The position numbers were made by a program, and so were the translations under genes. DNA of 10,986 nt from Candidatus Thorarchaeota archaeon (GTDB lineage: Archaea > Asgardarchaeota > Thorarchaeia > Thorarchaeales > Thorarchaeaceae), in NCBI GenBank assembly GCA_016839605.1, contig JAEOTX010000099.1:1-10986 (forward strand), written 5' to 3'. Below the pieces are notes generated by a model. The model saw only the letters and a program-made list of their open reading frames with translations, was not told the DNA's origin and did no database searches. Positions 8,086 through 10,986 of the stretch are shown here, piece by piece (position 1 is the first letter of the stretch; each line of letters opens with the position of its first letter).

Positions 8086-9165
8086 ATGCGGGACATAAGT
8101 AGCACTAATATCGAAGACTCACCTGGAGGTTTCGAACGTCTCCCTCTCCAGTGGATAGTCCCTTCTGTTGTGCTGCTAATTGCCATCCTCCAGTTTCTCT
8201 ATTATTGGTTTGGCATGCCCCCAAGTTCTGAAGTGGACTATATTGATTTTCTTAGAAAATTCCTAATGGTTGTAATTGGATTTGCCCTTGTTGTGTACAT
8301 TCAAAGACTGAGAGATGACAAGCTAGGCTACATCTTACTTGTAGTTGGATTCTCATTCTTCGTGTTTTCCCAATTGGAGAACTCGATCGATGTTTTTAGG
8401 TCCATCAGCTATCCAATTGCGGGCGTTGACCTCGAGGATTTCGTAGCAATAGCATTGCTCATTGCAGGCGTAGGATTATGGCGCTGGGCTAGGTTCTTAG
8501 TGGTAACTAAGGAGCTCACTGCAATGCATCAGCGAGAAACTGAGCTCTATGCGGCACTTCTTCGTCATGATTTGTCGAATGACCTTCAGGCTCTAATTGG
8601 CTATGTCGAAGCAGCCTCAATGACTTCAGAAGAGATTCCTCCTAGAGCTGCTGACCTCCTCAAATCAGCAGGAGTCGCTGGGACCAGAATGTCACGTTTG
8701 GTGAAGGCATTTGCAGCACCACTAAAACGCACGGACGAAGATGTAGTATCTTTGGTGCGTAGAATCTGTAGTGAGGCAGAAATTGCTCATAGGGGCATTC
8801 GCATCACCATTCAAGCTGACCAAGAGATTGGCAAATTAATGCCTCATGGCGCATCATTGGTCACTGCTGCTTTGGAGAATCTAATTAGGAACACCCATGA
8901 ACATGGTGGAGCCAATCCAGAGATGAATGTGCGGATTTCTCCAGAAGATGGACATGCAGTTCTATTAGTTTCAGACAATGGACCTGGCATACCTGAAGAA
9001 ATCAAAAGGACAGTATTCGATCGTGGTATTTCTGATACAGATAAGGGGCTTGGCCTCTATCTTACTCGTCGGCTAATTGAGGGACTCGGTGGTAGTATTG
9101 AACAAGTTGATGATACCGAGTATGGTGGGGCATCATTCAGGATTGTCCTTCCACTTGCATCCTGA
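8086..9165 (+). CDS. Membrane-bound sensor histidine kinase (about 4 TM, HisKA-like and HATPase_c domains)
   Basis: H box LLRHDLSNDL, N box ALENLIRNTHEHG, G1 VSDNGPGI, F box VFDRG and G2 GLGLYL. The N-terminal third is hydrophobic with short loops. Confidence 0.92.
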   Translation: MRDISSTNIEDSPGGFERLPLQWIVPSVVLLIAILQFLYYWFGMPPSSEVDYIDFLRKFLMVVIGFALVVYIQRLRDDKLGYILLVVGFSFFVFSQLENSIDVFRSISYPIAGVDLEDFVAIALLIAGVGLWRWARFLVVTKELTAMHQRETELYAALLRHDLSNDLQALIGYVEAASMTSEEIPPRAADLLKSAGVAGTRMSRLVKAFAAPLKRTDEDVVSLVRRICSEAEIAHRGIRITIQADQEIGKLMPHGASLVTAALENLIRNTHEHGGANPEMNVRISPEDGHAVLLVSDNGPGIPEEIKRTVFDRGISDTDKGLGLYLTRRLIEGLGGSIEQVDDTEYGGASFRIVLPLAS

Positions 9166-9415
9166 CTTTCATTCTCAAAGTGTCATCCACGAGAAGATAA
9201 AGACCTAGAATGTCTGCTGCTAATATTCCACCACTTAAGACCAAATCTGCAAGCGTCATTCTTCCTGCAACAAGAAGCATTGATACCAGAATCCACAAAG
9301 TAAGGAATCCGACAAGTCTTGCCGTCCAAGACATAAGTGATATCCGATCTTCCCCTATCGACCATGTTCGAAAAACGAGGTACAACAGGTAACCTACAAT
9401 AACAAAGAATTGCAT
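9137..9415 (-). CDS. Small hypothetical membrane protein (3 TM, about 92 aa)
   Basis: Three hydrophobic segments. ATG 9415 is preferred because the track's ATG at 9448 abuts the TATA-like TTATAATA element (9448-9455). Overlaps the 3' end of the kinase gene convergently by 29 nt. Confidence 0.7.
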   Translation of the reverse strand: MQFFVIVGYLLYLVFRTWSIGEDRISLMSWTARLVGFLTLWILVSMLLVAGRMTLADLVLSGGILAADILGLYLLVDDTLRMKVRMQVEGQS

Positions 9416-9447
9416 GCCTATCGTAATGGTGAGATATGCTCCTTGCA

Positions 9448-9462
9448 TATTATAACAATGTC
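9448..9462 (-). promoter_or_regulatory. Putative promoter GACATTG-TTATAATA
   Basis: TATA-like octamer about 33 nt upstream of ATG 9415. 13/15 identical to 10184-10198. Confidence 0.5.
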
Positions 9463-9493
9463 CACTGACATAGTTGATTCTTGCTATATGGTT

Positions 9494-9533
9494 GAAGAAA
9501 AGAAGATGAATTCCGGAGCAAAAGCCCCGGAAT
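9494..9533 (-). terminator. Putative terminator of the 186-aa gene (hairpin plus pyrimidine tract)
   Basis: Minus strand reads ATTCCGGGGC-TTTT-GCTCCGGAAT (9510-9533), a 10-bp stem whose one non-Watson-Crick pair is G-U only on this strand. It is followed by TCATCTTCTTTTCTT. Confidence 0.65.
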
Positions 9534-9544
9534 GGTGTTTTAGA

Positions 9545-10105
9545 TTAGTCTTGGTAACCCTTCATGTAACCCTCACGCTGCTTCCACTTCTCTTCGAGGC
9601 GCTGCATGATGGTATACATTCGGTGAGTGTAAGGCCATGCATCATCGAATTTACCTTGGTTCATATCGCCGGTGAACTCTTCAACGACATCGTTGATGTC
9701 ACCAATATCGTCAATGAGAGTAGCATCGAACTCGTAAACTTGATCCAGCTCTCTCTCGTTGATCTTCTCCTTGGAGCCCCAAGCTGCATAGCCATAATCA
9801 GCATAACGGATGGCTGACTCAATCTTGTCTGTGAGAGCCAGCATGCGATCAAAGGTTTCCCACGTGTTCTCGAGATTATAGTCTACGACCATAGTCTGGA
9901 GTTTTTCAAGATCCTGCTTAACGAGTCGTAGCTGATCAGCCATGAACTCGCGTAGGACTTTGTCGGCGGCGCGTCGCTCCTCTTTCTCCTGGTAGCCATG
10001 CCACCCAGGGATATAGTGGGTAATCTTTCCAAAGAACCCGCCCTTGATGTCCTTGGCAGCTTTCTTCCTAATCCGCTTAGCAATGGGATCGGTAATCTTG
10101 CCCAT
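9545..10105 (-). CDS. Conserved-looking hypothetical helical-bundle protein (IPGxxGY..KE.RR.ADK / IRYADYGY motifs)
   Basis: 186-aa ORF with an AGGAGA RBS (10115-10120), its own TATA element and a downstream hairpin. Heptad-like helices. The motifs resemble an uncharacterised family I recall from archaea and Chloroflexota (unverified). Confidence 0.85.
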   Translation of the reverse strand: MGKITDPIAKRIRKKAAKDIKGGFFGKITHYIPGWHGYQEKEERRAADKVLREFMADQLRLVKQDLEKLQTMVVDYNLENTWETFDRMLALTDKIESAIRYADYGYAAWGSKEKINERELDQVYEFDATLIDDIGDINDVVEEFTGDMNQGKFDDAWPYTHRMYTIMQRLEEKWKQREGYMKGYQD

Positions 10106-10183
10106 AGAATTGATTCTCCTGCGTGATTGTGCATCCCTACTACCTAAGTCGTAGGGCTGTCTAAGGAGTCGTACTCTTCTTCG

Positions 10184-10198
10184 TATTTAAACAATGTC
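10184..10198 (-). promoter_or_regulatory. Putative promoter GACATTG-TTTAAATA of the 186-aa gene
   Basis: Canonical archaeal TATA box TTTAAATA at 10184-10191 (minus strand), about 80 nt upstream of the ATG. Confidence 0.55.
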
Positions 10199-10327
10199 AC
10201 TAGAGGCAACTCCGTTCTTGAGTCACAATAGAAGTCCATAGATTCTGCAAAATGAACAACTGGACTCTAGGAAACACGCTTAAGCCAACCTGTGACAATA
10301 CTGGATTGAGTCAGAGGGGCAATTCCA

Positions 10328-10849
10328 ATGTCAAATGATTCTACAGACAACACTCAATCGTCAATCATACTGACATTGGTAATTATCATGATACTTGCTC
10401 CCATGGGGCTTGTATTCTACTTCTCTGGTGAAGGTCCATTTTGGTATGTACAAATCCTGGCTGTGTCATGGTTCGCGAATATTGAAGCCTACAACTTTTA
10501 CATTGGACTTCATCCCTTTATGATGCTCCAAACACTTCCCTTCTCATTCATACGAATCGGATTCGTCTACATGATATGGAGGGCATATCGCGGTAAAACA
10601 ACAAAGAGTAGAGCAATACGGGTGGGAATTGGAATGGAACTCTGGTTCACTCTACTATACTACCTACCATATGCCATGAGTTTGCTTCTGAATCCTATGT
10701 GGTATATGGCTCTACCCTTGGCTATCCCAATTCCGATTCTCCTCCTTGTGGGATGGATTGCAATTAAGTTCCGTCCTCCATCTGAAACGCTTTCGTCTTG
10801 GGTGGATGAGGAGCAACCAGAACATTGGTGGGAAAGGAATAATCAGTGA
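10328..10849 (+). CDS. Hypothetical polytopic membrane protein (about 4-5 TM) with acidic, Trp-rich C-terminal tail
   Basis: 173-aa ORF with a GAGGGG RBS-like element upstream, multiple hydrophobic segments, and the tail SSWVDEEQPEHWWERNNQ. Confidence 0.8.
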   Translation: MSNDSTDNTQSSIILTLVIIMILAPMGLVFYFSGEGPFWYVQILAVSWFANIEAYNFYIGLHPFMMLQTLPFSFIRIGFVYMIWRAYRGKTTKSRAIRVGIGMELWFTLLYYLPYAMSLLLNPMWYMALPLAIPIPILLLVGWIAIKFRPPSETLSSWVDEEQPEHWWERNNQ

Positions 10850-10986
10850 TTCATAGCCCGGTCTTTCGAACCTAAAGACTTGATAAGGGTCTCATTTTCA
10901 TAGACATCAAGTTGCACCAAATCCATGGATTTCGGAATCAGAGAAGGGATGAAAATGGAAACTAAGTATAATCTAGCTAAGATGAC
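10843..10986 (-). CDS. Possible 3' end of a convergent gene entering from the right edge
   Basis: Stop-free frame VILARLYLVSIFIPSLIPKSMDLVQLDVYENETLIKSLGSKDRAMNH* ending at TGA 10843-10845. It overlaps the previous gene's end by 7 nt. Confidence 0.45.
   Translation of the reverse strand, partial: VILARLYLVSIFIPSLIPKSMDLVQLDVYENETLIKSLGSKDRAMNH

Noticed and set aside
9416-9448. ORF-track start at 9448 for the small membrane protein
   Set aside because: This ATG abuts the probable TATA box, so it would lie upstream of the transcription start. ATG 9415 fits better.
9183-10134. Five short alternative ORFs (60, 60, 135, 63 and 83 aa)
   Set aside because: They overlap better-supported genes that have an RBS, promoter or terminator.

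Overview
Gene-dense archaeal window, about 45% GC by eye. The combination of an Ard1-type acetyltransferase, an AK6/Fap7 kinase, TATA-type promoters and several orphan membrane proteins suggests an Asgard (possibly Thorarchaeia-like) genome; this assignment is an inference. Left part, mostly housekeeping: a DUF89/ARMT1-like phosphatase (missing from the ORF track, truncated at the left edge) coupled to the N-acetyltransferase, a membrane-anchored DUF4332-like HhH protein, the AK6/Fap7 kinase and an unknown 4-TM protein. Middle: a solitary Eco57I/TaqI-like adenine methyltransferase with no nuclease. Right part: a soluble YdjI-like SPFH protein with a double zinc ribbon, a short RNase Z-like MBL hydrolase, a small helical protein, an intramembrane-type histidine kinase with no response regulator, small membrane proteins and a 186-aa helical protein with an amphipathic N-terminus. 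The best candidate for an undescribed system is a loosely clustered membrane-stress or membrane-remodelling module: SPFH-DZR, the 186-aa protein, a small TM protein and the kinase. Part of it shares a CATTGT-TATA promoter motif. This is a hypothesis, not something the sequence demonstrates. No rRNA, tRNA, CRISPR array or transposase was seen.
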